The position numbers were made by a program, and so were the translations under genes. Positions 1 to 6,864 of a DNA stretch of 32,000 bases are shown piece after piece; positions within the stretch are counted from its first letter, which is position 1; each line of letters begins with the position of its first letter. The stretch spans positions 840,001-872,000 of the forward strand of contig NC_018655.1 of the NCBI RefSeq assembly GCF_000299365.1. Reading direction: 5' to 3'. This DNA comes from Candidatus Nitrosopumilus koreensis AR1. GTDB taxonomy: Archaea > Thermoproteota > Nitrososphaeria > Nitrososphaerales > Nitrosopumilaceae. The notes beneath the pieces were generated by a model. It saw only the letters and a list, made by a program, of their open reading frames with translations. It did not search any database and had not been told where the DNA came from.

Positions 1-303
1 GAAAAAGAAGAAGACGAATTTGCAATTTGTTGTTATCAAGATCCCCAAGTTTCAAAAAGTGACAAGCATATTGGATTATTTAGAACAGGAATGAGGCAAA
101 GCAGCGGATATAATCAAGTAAAGCCCATTATTGAAGAAAGAGCCCCACTTTTACAAATTGCTTTTGCAGCAGACGCTATAGACATATCAACGTATGAAGA
201 AATTTCGAAGCTTATCCCAATTAGAAAATTTAGAATAATTAGTGAAAAGGACTTGAAAAAACAAGAATACTATTATGAAAAAATGTCAAACATAGAAGAT
301 TGA
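1..303 (+). CDS. hypothetical protein, 5'-truncated by window edge
   Basis: Frame 1 is open from nt 1 (EKEEDEFAICCYQDPQVSKSDKHIGLFRTG precedes the first Met at 91), so the ORF probably starts upstream of the window. No domain recognised. Confidence 0.5.
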   Translation, partial: EKEEDEFAICCYQDPQVSKSDKHIGLFRTGMRQSSGYNQVKPIIEERAPLLQIAFAADAIDISTYEEISKLIPIRKFRIISEKDLKKQEYYYEKMSNIED

Positions 304-304
304 A

Positions 305-342
305 AAATGGTAGGATTCAAAAAATTTTGAATCATACCATTT
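305..342. repeat. near-perfect inverted repeat / hairpin (18-bp stem, one mismatch)
   Basis: AAATGGTAGGATTCAAAA (305-322) pairs with TTTTGAATCATACCATTT (325-342), with a single G:A mismatch at 313/334. It starts 2 nt after the TGA at 301-303. Confidence 0.8.
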
Positions 343-666
343 ATGGTCGGGTAAAAGATATCATCTGAATTTCATATAAAGAATAACTACTGATTTGTTC
401 ATATTTTTGATACTGATGAATCGTTCATTCTTGTTAAATAGAAAATTTACCATATTTAATCATGAAAAATAACAATTACAATTCATCATGGGAAGAAGCA
501 ATTGGTCTTTCATGGTTAATGTCTGATGAAGAACATGCCTGAATTCGTATGTAGTTCATACTGCTGTGTAAAAAAACAAAAAACGCCAACGATACACATT
601 AGAAAAATCTAAGGGTTTATTTTTTAATTATTGTAAACATAAATTCAATAATCACGAATTGAGAAC

Positions 667-837
667 ATGCACTGCGATGATAAAAGAACACTATTTGTCT
701 TAAAACAAGGAATTGAAGAGACATGGGATTTGCTAAAAAAATCAGATTTTGCAGATGAAGATTTGATAAAAAAACTCAACAACGAGATACAAGAATATTT
801 TGAATACAAAAAATATCATAATTTTAGAATTGCTTAA
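667..837 (+). CDS. hypothetical 56-aa protein (below the ORF-track cut-off)
   Basis: ATG..TAA ORF MHCDDKRTLFVLKQGIEETWDLLKKSDFADEDLIKKLNNEIQEYFEYKKYHNFRIA. It ends 25 nt before the next same-strand gene. Charged, helical composition; no homology recognised. Confidence 0.35.
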   Translation: MHCDDKRTLFVLKQGIEETWDLLKKSDFADEDLIKKLNNEIQEYFEYKKYHNFRIA

Positions 838-862
838 GTAATATTTTGACGTATATTACTGT

Positions 863-1255
863 ATGAATTTTGAAAATCTCTTAAAGAGAATAATGGATTC
901 GGATGTAAACATCAGACACAGTATAATCACAGATACTGAAGGAAACATACTTTCTACAAGTCACAGAGAAGGCATAACAAATTATCTGTCACAAGAAGAA
1001 ACAGAAGCATCTCTAAAAAGAGCAGCACAAGCATGGAAAGGAAGGAAACAGCTCAAGCCAAAAATTGGAAATGGGTTGTATGCAATAGCTGCATTTGAGA
1101 AGATTACAAGAATGACGTTTCCGCTAGGAGAAAACAATCTAATCTTTGTCAGCATGGGTTCAGATACAGTAAGGACAGATCTTCATGAAGGAGGAGAAAA
1201 ACAAATTGTCGAACATGTTCTAAACATACTTAGTCGCGACCCAACTAAAGAATAA
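863..1255 (+). CDS. hypothetical protein, tentatively Roadblock/LC7-like fold; paralog of 28990..29379
   Basis: 130-aa ORF. The pattern DVNIRHSIITDTEGNILSTS ... LYAIAAFEKITRMTFPLGENNLIFVSMGSD resembles the strand-helix-strand layout of Roadblock/LC7 (MglB-like) proteins. It aligns by eye with the 129-aa ORF at 28990..29379. Confidence 0.6.
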   Translation: MNFENLLKRIMDSDVNIRHSIITDTEGNILSTSHREGITNYLSQEETEASLKRAAQAWKGRKQLKPKIGNGLYAIAAFEKITRMTFPLGENNLIFVSMGSDTVRTDLHEGGEKQIVEHVLNILSRDPTKE

Positions 1256-1387
1256 TCAAAGAAAAATAAATTGTCAACAATAGAACACACCAAAGAATGT
1301 CAATATAGAATGGACAATGATATGCCACATACTAATTGTTATTGTAAATGCCACAAAATCATCATGGCAGATTCTGCCAAAATGGAA

Positions 1388-1621
1388 TCAAGAACTTTTT
1401 AATTCTTTTTCAGGCTCAAAATTTTCAATGATTTCAGTCACACGAGACAGAATTGTTTCTTTAATTTGCTCTTGGGTCATACCCGAAGTATGCATGAGTT
1501 TCATTTGATCAAGGAGCGCAAAATGGACTCGTCCTTGAAGATAGTCAACTATTCCATATCCTTGTTTGGGAAATTCTGTTACAAACAAATCATGTTCAGA
1601 TTGATCAGAAGTTTCAGTCAT
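1388..1621 (-). CDS. hypothetical protein (77 aa)
   Basis: ATG-initiated ORF with protein-like composition. The overlapping + strand ORF 1317..1508 has odd Cys/Ile/Ser-rich composition and is judged the shadow. Confidence 0.5.
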   Translation of the reverse strand: MTETSDQSEHDLFVTEFPKQGYGIVDYLQGRVHFALLDQMKLMHTSGMTQEQIKETILSRVTEIIENFEPEKELKSS

Positions 1622-1693
1622 GATGAATTAATTTGTTAAAAACCAGTTATAAAATTTCCAAATACTCATAAAACTATAGAAAAGATTCACCAT

Positions 1694-2044
1694 ATGACAG
1701 AATTTATCCACAAACCATATGACAAAATCTATGTTCGAGACATGATCAAATTGGATTTAGACGATCTTATTGGAATGATGTCTTCACTAGAATCAGCCAA
1801 CGCATATTGGGTTGATGGAGTATTGTTTGCAAGTTTTGCCATGACAGAATCTGAAGAACTGGCAAAAAAAGAGATGCAAAACGAGATGTACCTTGATAAA
1901 ATCATTTTTGCAAAGTATGAAAACTATACCAAGACAGTAAAATCGTCTACTAATCTTGAAATCGGCATTCTAAACATGAGTAAAAGCAAGCTGTACAAGG
2001 ATTTGATTGCCTGGTTAAAATCACAGTCAATTTGGAATGAATAA
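1694..2044 (+). CDS. hypothetical protein (116 aa)
   Basis: ATG ORF with no competing frame. A TATA-like CATAAAACTATAG lies about 20 nt upstream. No domain recognised. Confidence 0.6.
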   Translation: MTEFIHKPYDKIYVRDMIKLDLDDLIGMMSSLESANAYWVDGVLFASFAMTESEELAKKEMQNEMYLDKIIFAKYENYTKTVKSSTNLEIGILNMSKSKLYKDLIAWLKSQSIWNE

Positions 2045-2076
2045 GTGACGTTATAATTTTAGAAACAATCTAGAGT

Positions 2077-2247
2077 CTAATTTGAAAGAGTTGCGCTATT
2101 CCTACGAATGATACATTGTGAGTGAATTTCTTCATCTGTGATGTGACCAAGTTTTCCACAAGTAAATTGGTTAGGCTTGGAACAAACACTGCATTTTTTG
2201 TAAACCTGTAACTGTTCACCACATTTTCTACAACAATCATCCTTCAT
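2077..2247 (-). CDS. small zinc-ribbon protein (56 aa, below the track cut-off)
   Basis: Hand translation: MKDDCCRKCGEQLQVYKKCSVCSKPNQFTCGKLGHITDEEIHSQCIIRRNSATLSN. It has C-x2-C ... C-x2-C pairs plus additional Cys/His. Confidence 0.5.
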   Translation of the reverse strand: MKDDCCRKCGEQLQVYKKCSVCSKPNQFTCGKLGHITDEEIHSQCIIRRNSATLSN

Positions 2248-2332
2248 GAAGGTATTTTTTTCAAAAGTGAATTTAAGTTATAGCAAAATTAGAACAGACT
2301 AATTAGGTCATGCTAATTTTAAAATAATATTC

Positions 2333-2557
2333 GTGCTAGACATAATTATGAATGACAGTGTCAACATTAAAGAAATAATTATTGAATTTATCAAAAACAG
2401 ATCAGAAATTAATGAGACAACTGCAACAAGACATATTCATAGAAGATTTGATATTTCAGAAGAGGAGATAGAAAAAATTCTAGAAGAATTCGTTAATAAA
2501 AATAAAATAAAAAAAACGTATGATGAAGAATATCAGGAAAATAGGTTCACAACATAA
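2333..2557 (+). CDS. hypothetical small protein, possible winged-helix
   Basis: 74 aa from GTG at 2333, or 69 aa from ATG at 2348. IIEFIKNRSEINETTATRHIHRRFDISEEEIEKILEEFVNKNKIKK has a helix-turn-helix-like periodicity. The domain assignment is weak. Confidence 0.5.
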   Translation: MLDIIMNDSVNIKEIIIEFIKNRSEINETTATRHIHRRFDISEEEIEKILEEFVNKNKIKKTYDEEYQENRFTT

Positions 2558-2599
2558 CCTTCAATCAATCTTTTTAAGAGAACAATTCAAAACAAATTT

Positions 2600-3073
2600 G
2601 TGAAATTTAAATCAGAAAAATCAATTAAAGAATATCTCAAAAAGTTGCCAGATGACACAGTTATCAAATATTATCTAGATGTAGAATATAGCCCATTTCC
2701 AGTGCTAGTTATCGAAGAATACACACGTAGATTCAAGAAAAAAACAAAAAACGAGATAATCAAAGATTTGAAATATCAAAGTAAACTAGCTCATAAAAAA
2801 ACACAAGAATTGGGCAAAATGGCAAAAAATCACAGACTTGTAGATGACATAACCAAACAAAAATCAGATGAAATTATCAAACACGCAAAAAAGAAAGGGT
2901 TTGAAATAAGCCAAGCAATATCAAAGAAAAAAGCAAGTTTAAAAACAAAACTCAAAACTTCAACTCAAAAACATCTTGAAGAATTAGAAAAACTAGGAGA
3001 ACTCAAAAAGCAGGGATTAATCACTGCAAAAGAATTCCAAGAGACTAAAAAGAAGATATTATCAAAAATCTAG
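2600..3073 (+). CDS. SHOCT-domain protein (lysine-rich linker, C-terminal SHOCT)
   Basis: GTG start. The C-terminus LEELEKLGELKKQGLITAKEFQETKKKILSKI matches the short C-terminal SHOCT motif (L..L..L...G.IT..EF...K..IL). The N-terminal roughly 45 aa is shared with ORF 6232..6564. Confidence 0.7.
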   Translation: MKFKSEKSIKEYLKKLPDDTVIKYYLDVEYSPFPVLVIEEYTRRFKKKTKNEIIKDLKYQSKLAHKKTQELGKMAKNHRLVDDITKQKSDEIIKHAKKKGFEISQAISKKKASLKTKLKTSTQKHLEELEKLGELKKQGLITAKEFQETKKKILSKI

Positions 3074-3074
3074 C

Positions 3075-3161
3075 CTAGAGACGCCACAACATCACCATAA
3101 TACCATAAAAAACAGCTATTGAAACACCAATCAATATTACGCCAATTGTAGATTTTTTCAT
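3075..3161 (-). CDS. putative 28-aa single-pass membrane micropeptide
   Basis: MKKSTIGVILIGVSIAVFYGIMVMLWRL. Its ATG at 3161 lies 1 nt after the TGA of the upstream gene (TGAtATG), which suggests translational coupling. It has a basic N-terminus followed by a hydrophobic helix. Confidence 0.3.
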   Translation of the reverse strand: MKKSTIGVILIGVSIAVFYGIMVMLWRL

Positions 3162-3162
3162 A

Positions 3163-3576
3163 TCAATTATTTGAGTATGGAGACAATACAGAAATCCAAT
3201 ATTTCATTATTTTTTTATTTAGATCAGCAAAGGTGTATGCATTATCATTTAGGGTTTTTGCATAACTTTTTCCATGTTCAATATTAGCAATTGCAATTTT
3301 ATGAAATATTGAACGAAACTTTATTGTTTCATCAGACATATTTTCAATAATTTCTTTTACATCATCAGAGAATTTAGGGCCAAAACCAGAACGTGTTGAG
3401 AATTCTTTTTGAAGTAAAATATTAGAATTCACATAATTTTTCCAGACTTTGTAATATTCATTTTGCAAATCAAACAATGTTTGTTGAATATGAGGCACAT
3501 TTTGTTCAAGTTCCACAAAATATTTTTTACTTATTTTTTCAAACAATTCAAAATTATCAGTTTGAGATTCAGGCAT
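3163..3576 (-). CDS. hypothetical helical protein (137 aa)
   Basis: ATG ORF with no competing frame. Predicted all-alpha by composition, with a vague phasin-like feel only. Confidence 0.65.
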   Translation of the reverse strand: MPESQTDNFELFEKISKKYFVELEQNVPHIQQTLFDLQNEYYKVWKNYVNSNILLQKEFSTRSGFGPKFSDDVKEIIENMSDETIKFRSIFHKIAIANIEHGKSYAKTLNDNAYTFADLNKKIMKYWISVLSPYSNN

Positions 3577-3682
3577 ACTAGATTTAGTTTTTTTAGAGAT
3601 TTAAACTAGCAGGTGGGAAATCAAGAGTAAAAATAATCCAAATGAAATGAATATACACTAGTACAATACATCACAAGACCTA

Positions 3683-3982
3683 ATGATCACATTTGATAAC
3701 AGAGTTCGCTATGAGTACAAAATTAAAACTGCTAGGATAGACACACTTGTAAAATCAATAATGACACATAGAGATCCTAAGAGTCAGGAAGCAAGAGATG
3801 CATCAAAATTTTTGGATTTGTTAATTTCCGAAATAGACAGATTCTATGAAGAGAATAGTGATCTTTTATCAAAAAAAGGTAAAAGACCACATCCTCGTTC
3901 ACGCTTACCAGAAAATAAAGAATGGAATGATAATGTCGAGAAATATTACGAAAAAAATCCTCGTAAAAGACCTAGAAAATAA
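3683..3982 (+). CDS. hypothetical protein with basic C-terminal tail (99 aa)
   Basis: ATG ORF. The central segment QEARDASKFLDLLISEIDRFYEENSDLLSKKG aligns with EEAKKIQGLVKLLLGEIEAYYRKYRKILIKYG of ORF 6232..6564. The C-terminus is KNPRKRPRK. Confidence 0.6.
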   Translation: MITFDNRVRYEYKIKTARIDTLVKSIMTHRDPKSQEARDASKFLDLLISEIDRFYEENSDLLSKKGKRPHPRSRLPENKEWNDNVEKYYEKNPRKRPRK

Positions 3983-4151
3983 TCAATCAGATTAGTCCAA
4001 ATTCAAGAAGTCAACTAGTAAAAATTAGAATAAACGAATCATCAAAAGCATAATCATCATAACATTCGATGATACCAAATTCCTCATATTTCATAATTCT
4101 ATATAGAAAAATACTAGAAATTCTCAAATATTGTTTTTGAAAGATATACTC

Positions 4152-4346
4152 ATGGATAATCCTACTGAGATCAATTCTGTTTATTGGGATGAAGAAACAA
4201 AATCATGGCAATACAAAGTGGTTCCAGTTGAGGAGTATCATGGATTCACAGAGTGCCAGCATTGCAGAAGGCCCATGTCTCACAACATAAAGAGTGAAGG
4301 AGAATTCAAAGTGGCCTATGTGAAATGTGCATGCGCAAGAGAATAG
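4152..4346 (+). CDS. small Cys-rich (zinc-binding?) protein, 64 aa
   Basis: ATG at 4152 is preferred over the track's TTG at 4131. The ORF contains C-x2-C (CQHC) and C-x-C (CAC) near the C-terminus. Confidence 0.5.
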   Translation: MDNPTEINSVYWDEETKSWQYKVVPVEEYHGFTECQHCRRPMSHNIKSEGEFKVAYVKCACARE

Positions 4347-4420
4347 TTATTTTCCAAGAGACATGTAAATTAAAACCCCAGATAAAATAATTATCAAAAT
4401 TGTGGGAGGAACCCATGATT

Positions 4421-5092
4421 TCATGGCATCACTTCATTATTTAGATAGTATTTTTCTATTCGCTCATGCATTGGTTGGATATAGTCATCACATTTTTTGA
4501 TAAATTCCTGTCTAGTATTCTTTTCACTACTCACAAGAATCACCACTTGGTTAATCTTTTGTCCTGTAACCTCATGAAACATTTGAGTATAACATGTAGT
4601 CTGTAAATAATACTCATACATGTATTCATCAACTTGAGGTTTTCTTTTTGTTTTATAATCGATAATTGATAATTCGCCATTATATTTTGCAATAAGATCA
4701 CTTGTTCCTGCAACTTTTAGATTATCAGAATACATTCGTTGTTCAATACAGGTAACATCTGAAATATTTTCTAAGAAAGGCTTTAGATTGTGAAAGTGTG
4801 CAATAGGAAGCAAGTCAAATTCTTCCAGGTTTAGATTCCGAGCCAAATAATCTTCAATAATTTTGTGAGATTGTGTTCCAATGTGTTGAGACTGTGCTGT
4901 GATGTATTCATGGGCAGGTTCATTTTCCCTCCAAGCAGATAACCCGTTTTTCTTTTCATCAGAAGCAGTGGCAGACAAAATTGTGCTTATTGAAGGGTAA
5001 ATTTTGTCAAATTTTGTTTGATACCAGTGGCCATCTTCTCTATCAAGTAGTGTAGGTTCCCTTATTTTCAGCATCTGAGCAAAATTAGGCAT
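4421..5092 (-). CDS. PD-(D/E)XK nuclease, MGME1/RecB-like family
   Basis: The N-terminal YPSISTILS...W motif resembles MGME1-type nucleases. Catalytic core: E (CIEQRMY), D (GTSDLI), D-x-K (IIDYKTKRK), then a Q...Y motif (YYLQTTCY). Confidence 0.8.
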   Translation of the reverse strand: MPNFAQMLKIREPTLLDREDGHWYQTKFDKIYPSISTILSATASDEKKNGLSAWRENEPAHEYITAQSQHIGTQSHKIIEDYLARNLNLEEFDLLPIAHFHNLKPFLENISDVTCIEQRMYSDNLKVAGTSDLIAKYNGELSIIDYKTKRKPQVDEYMYEYYLQTTCYTQMFHEVTGQKINQVVILVSSEKNTRQEFIKKCDDYIQPMHERIEKYYLNNEVMP

Positions 5093-5127
5093 AATTGATT
5101 TCAGAGCACTAGTAATTTAATACTAAG

Positions 5128-5529
5128 TCATTCAATCATTTTTTGGAATTTGTCAAATTCGGATTTAGTTTTTACAAATTGATCCGTATTGATTTTCAAT
5201 GAAAAAAGCGGATCCATTTTTTCATTAATAATGAAAAGTCGTTCATCAAAGATCAAGGTTTCAATTAGTTCTTCATTAGGATATACAGTGAATTGAAGAA
5301 ATTGTTCATCAGTCTTTATTTTTAATTGAAAGCCCATTAAAAGACCAAATTCATCATCTTTGTTTAAAAATCCTGTAAGACTGGCGCGGAGAGAGGGATC
5401 ATCATTCACATCATCATAATTATTTTGAGGATCAATTATACAGGCAACAGGAGTTCCTTGAATGTGCAATACAACAGATTTGTGAGTTGGGACAAAATCT
5501 TCAGGATTTGCCATTTTATCTAGAGGCAT
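5128..5529 (-). CDS. hypothetical protein (133 aa), upstream operon partner of the nuclease
   Basis: ATG ORF on the same strand, separated by 35 nt from the nuclease start. No domain recognised. Confidence 0.65.
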   Translation of the reverse strand: MPLDKMANPEDFVPTHKSVVLHIQGTPVACIIDPQNNYDDVNDDPSLRASLTGFLNKDDEFGLLMGFQLKIKTDEQFLQFTVYPNEELIETLIFDERLFIINEKMDPLFSLKINTDQFVKTKSEFDKFQKMIE

Positions 5530-5582
5530 GTTTTATGAAAGAATTTCAGTATTGTTAAGTATCACGATTTTTCATAACACAC

Positions 5583-5780
5583 ATGAGTAATCTAGATGAC
5601 TCAATTGGAAAAATCTTACTAGAGTTGCAAAGAGAGGATCCTGAAACATTTGGAAAATTGATGAAAAAAGCGCAAGAAGACAATCCTGAACTATTTGAAG
5701 ACGTAGACACAGAAAACAAAGAGATTGAAGAAGATAACAAAAAAGTAGACGAGTACAACAATGCAATAGATGAAGAATGA
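5583..5780 (+). CDS. hyper-acidic 65-aa protein
   Basis: MSNLDDSIGKILLELQREDPETFGKLMKKAQEDNPELFEDVDTENKEIEEDNKKVDEYNNAIDEE. The two overlapping minus-strand ORFs are Ser/Leu-rich antisense shadows of the GAA-rich frame. Confidence 0.5.
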   Translation: MSNLDDSIGKILLELQREDPETFGKLMKKAQEDNPELFEDVDTENKEIEEDNKKVDEYNNAIDEE

Positions 5781-5830
5781 GTTTTCATAATAACCTCAGA
5801 TTTTAAACTAAAATCAAAGTAATAATCTTC

Positions 5831-5935
5831 TTGAGTTATAGATGTCTTATTTGCAATGTTGTCATGACAACGCCTAGGAAATTAGAGGATCATCTCCAAA
5901 TCGAGCACAAGTGGGGTAAAAAACATGAAAGATAG
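5831..5935 (+). CDS. putative C2H2 zinc-finger mini-protein (34 aa, TTG start)
   Basis: Hand translation: (L/M)SYRCLICNVVMTTPRKLEDHLQIEHKWGKKHER. It fits C-x2-C-x12-H-x4-H exactly. The frame opens at 5807 and has no ATG or GTG before the cysteines. Confidence 0.35.
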   Translation: MSYRCLICNVVMTTPRKLEDHLQIEHKWGKKHER

Positions 5936-5984
5936 GCTCAAAAAATGAATTTTTATAAAAACACCTAATTATTTATGGAATGAC

Positions 5985-6218
5985 TTGAAACAAATCTCAT
6001 TGAATTTCATTTCAAAAAAAGTTTTAGATTTTCAAAAAAAGAAGCTAAAATCAGCCGAGTATAATTTGAAAAAACATATTCATGAAATAGAAAGATTAGA
6101 GGAGATTAAAAATTCAGATAATTCAAAAGAGATTGAAAATCAGAGAAAAATGGTAAAAATCTGGACAGATAACATTAAGAAAATTAAAGAAGAGATTAAA
6201 AAAATAGAGTCAAGATAG
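5985..6218 (+). CDS. hypothetical coiled-coil protein (77 aa, TTG start)
   Basis: Lys/Glu-rich heptad-like sequence. It ends 13 nt before the next same-strand gene. Confidence 0.45.
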   Translation: MKQISLNFISKKVLDFQKKKLKSAEYNLKKHIHEIERLEEIKNSDNSKEIENQRKMVKIWTDNIKKIKEEIKKIESR

Positions 6219-6231
6219 TGAATAAAGAATT

Positions 6232-6564
6232 ATGAAATTTAAAAAGGATTCAAAATCAATTGAAGAGAATTTAGAATTAAGAATACTTGCAGAATATAAT
6301 CGAAGATTCAAACAAATGAAAATTACTCAAAAAAAAGTAAACAAATTACGAGATATGGAAATGGATGAAGAAGCCAAAAAAATCCAAGGATTAGTGAAAT
6401 TACTGTTAGGTGAAATTGAAGCATATTATAGAAAATATCGTAAAATATTGATAAAATATGGAATTTTACCAGAATATCCTTTAGAAATTAATGATATCAC
6501 TAAAGAAGAAATGGATATTGCCACAAGATGGCAAAATGCTCATCGTAAAAAATATGGAATATAA
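6232..6564 (+). CDS. hypothetical protein (110 aa), mosaic paralog of ORFs 2600..3073 and 3683..3982
   Basis: The N-terminus MKFKKDSKSIEENLEL...EYNRRFK matches MKFKSEKSIKEYLKKL...EYTRRFK of ORF 2600. The central segment matches ORF 3683. Confidence 0.65.
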   Translation: MKFKKDSKSIEENLELRILAEYNRRFKQMKITQKKVNKLRDMEMDEEAKKIQGLVKLLLGEIEAYYRKYRKILIKYGILPEYPLEINDITKEEMDIATRWQNAHRKKYGI

Positions 6565-6585
6565 AAAAAGAAAAAAATTAGGAGT

Positions 6586-6774
6586 TTACTGTAATGAATA
6601 ATGTACATCGCAAAATAGAACGATTCCATTTGACAATGTTTTTGCAGTAATAGAATGGCCATCTTCTAATCCTTTACCACAAACATAACATTCTACTTTA
6701 CTTACTGAAGTTGAAATATTTCGTTTTTTGAGAACTTGCATGTCTTGCATAATTGCTCGATTTACCCCCTGCAT
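6586..6774 (-). CDS. small TRASH/YHS-like metal-binding protein, divergent from trpE
   Basis: Contains C-x2-C-x22-C-x2-H (CYVCGKGL...LFCDVH). The start is placed at Met-16 (6774) because a TATA-like TTTATAG (complement of 6801..6807) sits about 30 nt upstream. Other possible starts are 6819 and 6750. Confidence 0.5.
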   Translation of the reverse strand: MQGVNRAIMQDMQVLKKRNISTSVSKVECYVCGKGLEDGHSITAKTLSNGIVLFCDVHYSLQ

Positions 6775-6799
6775 GACAACTATACTACGATCAACTATG

Positions 6800-6825
6800 C
6801 TATAAAGGTACCGTACCATACGGTA
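6800..6825. promoter_or_regulatory. shared divergent promoter: TATA-like box plus perfect 7-bp inverted repeat
   Basis: TATAAAG at 6801..6807 is followed by TACCGTA (6809..6815) CCA TACGGTA (6819..6825). The site lies about 40-60 nt upstream of the trpE ATG at 6865. Confidence 0.4.
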
Positions 6826-6864
6826 ATAGCATTGTGCCTAGTAGAGAGCCAATTTAGACAAAAA

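Noticed and set aside
518-575. C/D box sRNA (CTGATGA ... CTGA)
   Set aside because: The spacing between the C-like box and the CTGA is only 9 nt. There is no C'/D pair or terminal stem, so these are probably chance motifs in AT-rich DNA.
1317-1508. Plus-strand 63-aa ORF overlapping 1388..1621
   Set aside because: It has odd Cys/Ile/Ser composition and overlaps the more protein-like minus-strand ORF. A 30-aa alternative (1310..1402, MDNDMPHTNCYCKCHK...) was noted but is too short and unsupported to call.
5555-5788. Two minus-strand ORFs (77 and 64 aa) overlapping the acidic 65-aa ORF
   Set aside because: Their Ser/Leu/Cys-rich composition is typical of the antisense of a GAA/GAT-rich frame. 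The plus-strand product has a sensible amphipathic N-terminus.
6736-6864. Track start of the trpE ORF at 6736 (512 aa)
   Set aside because: The first 43 residues (MHVLHNCSIYPLHDNY...) are not TrpE-like. They overlap the divergent small ORF and the TATA/palindrome region. ATG 6865 gives a normal-length TrpE.
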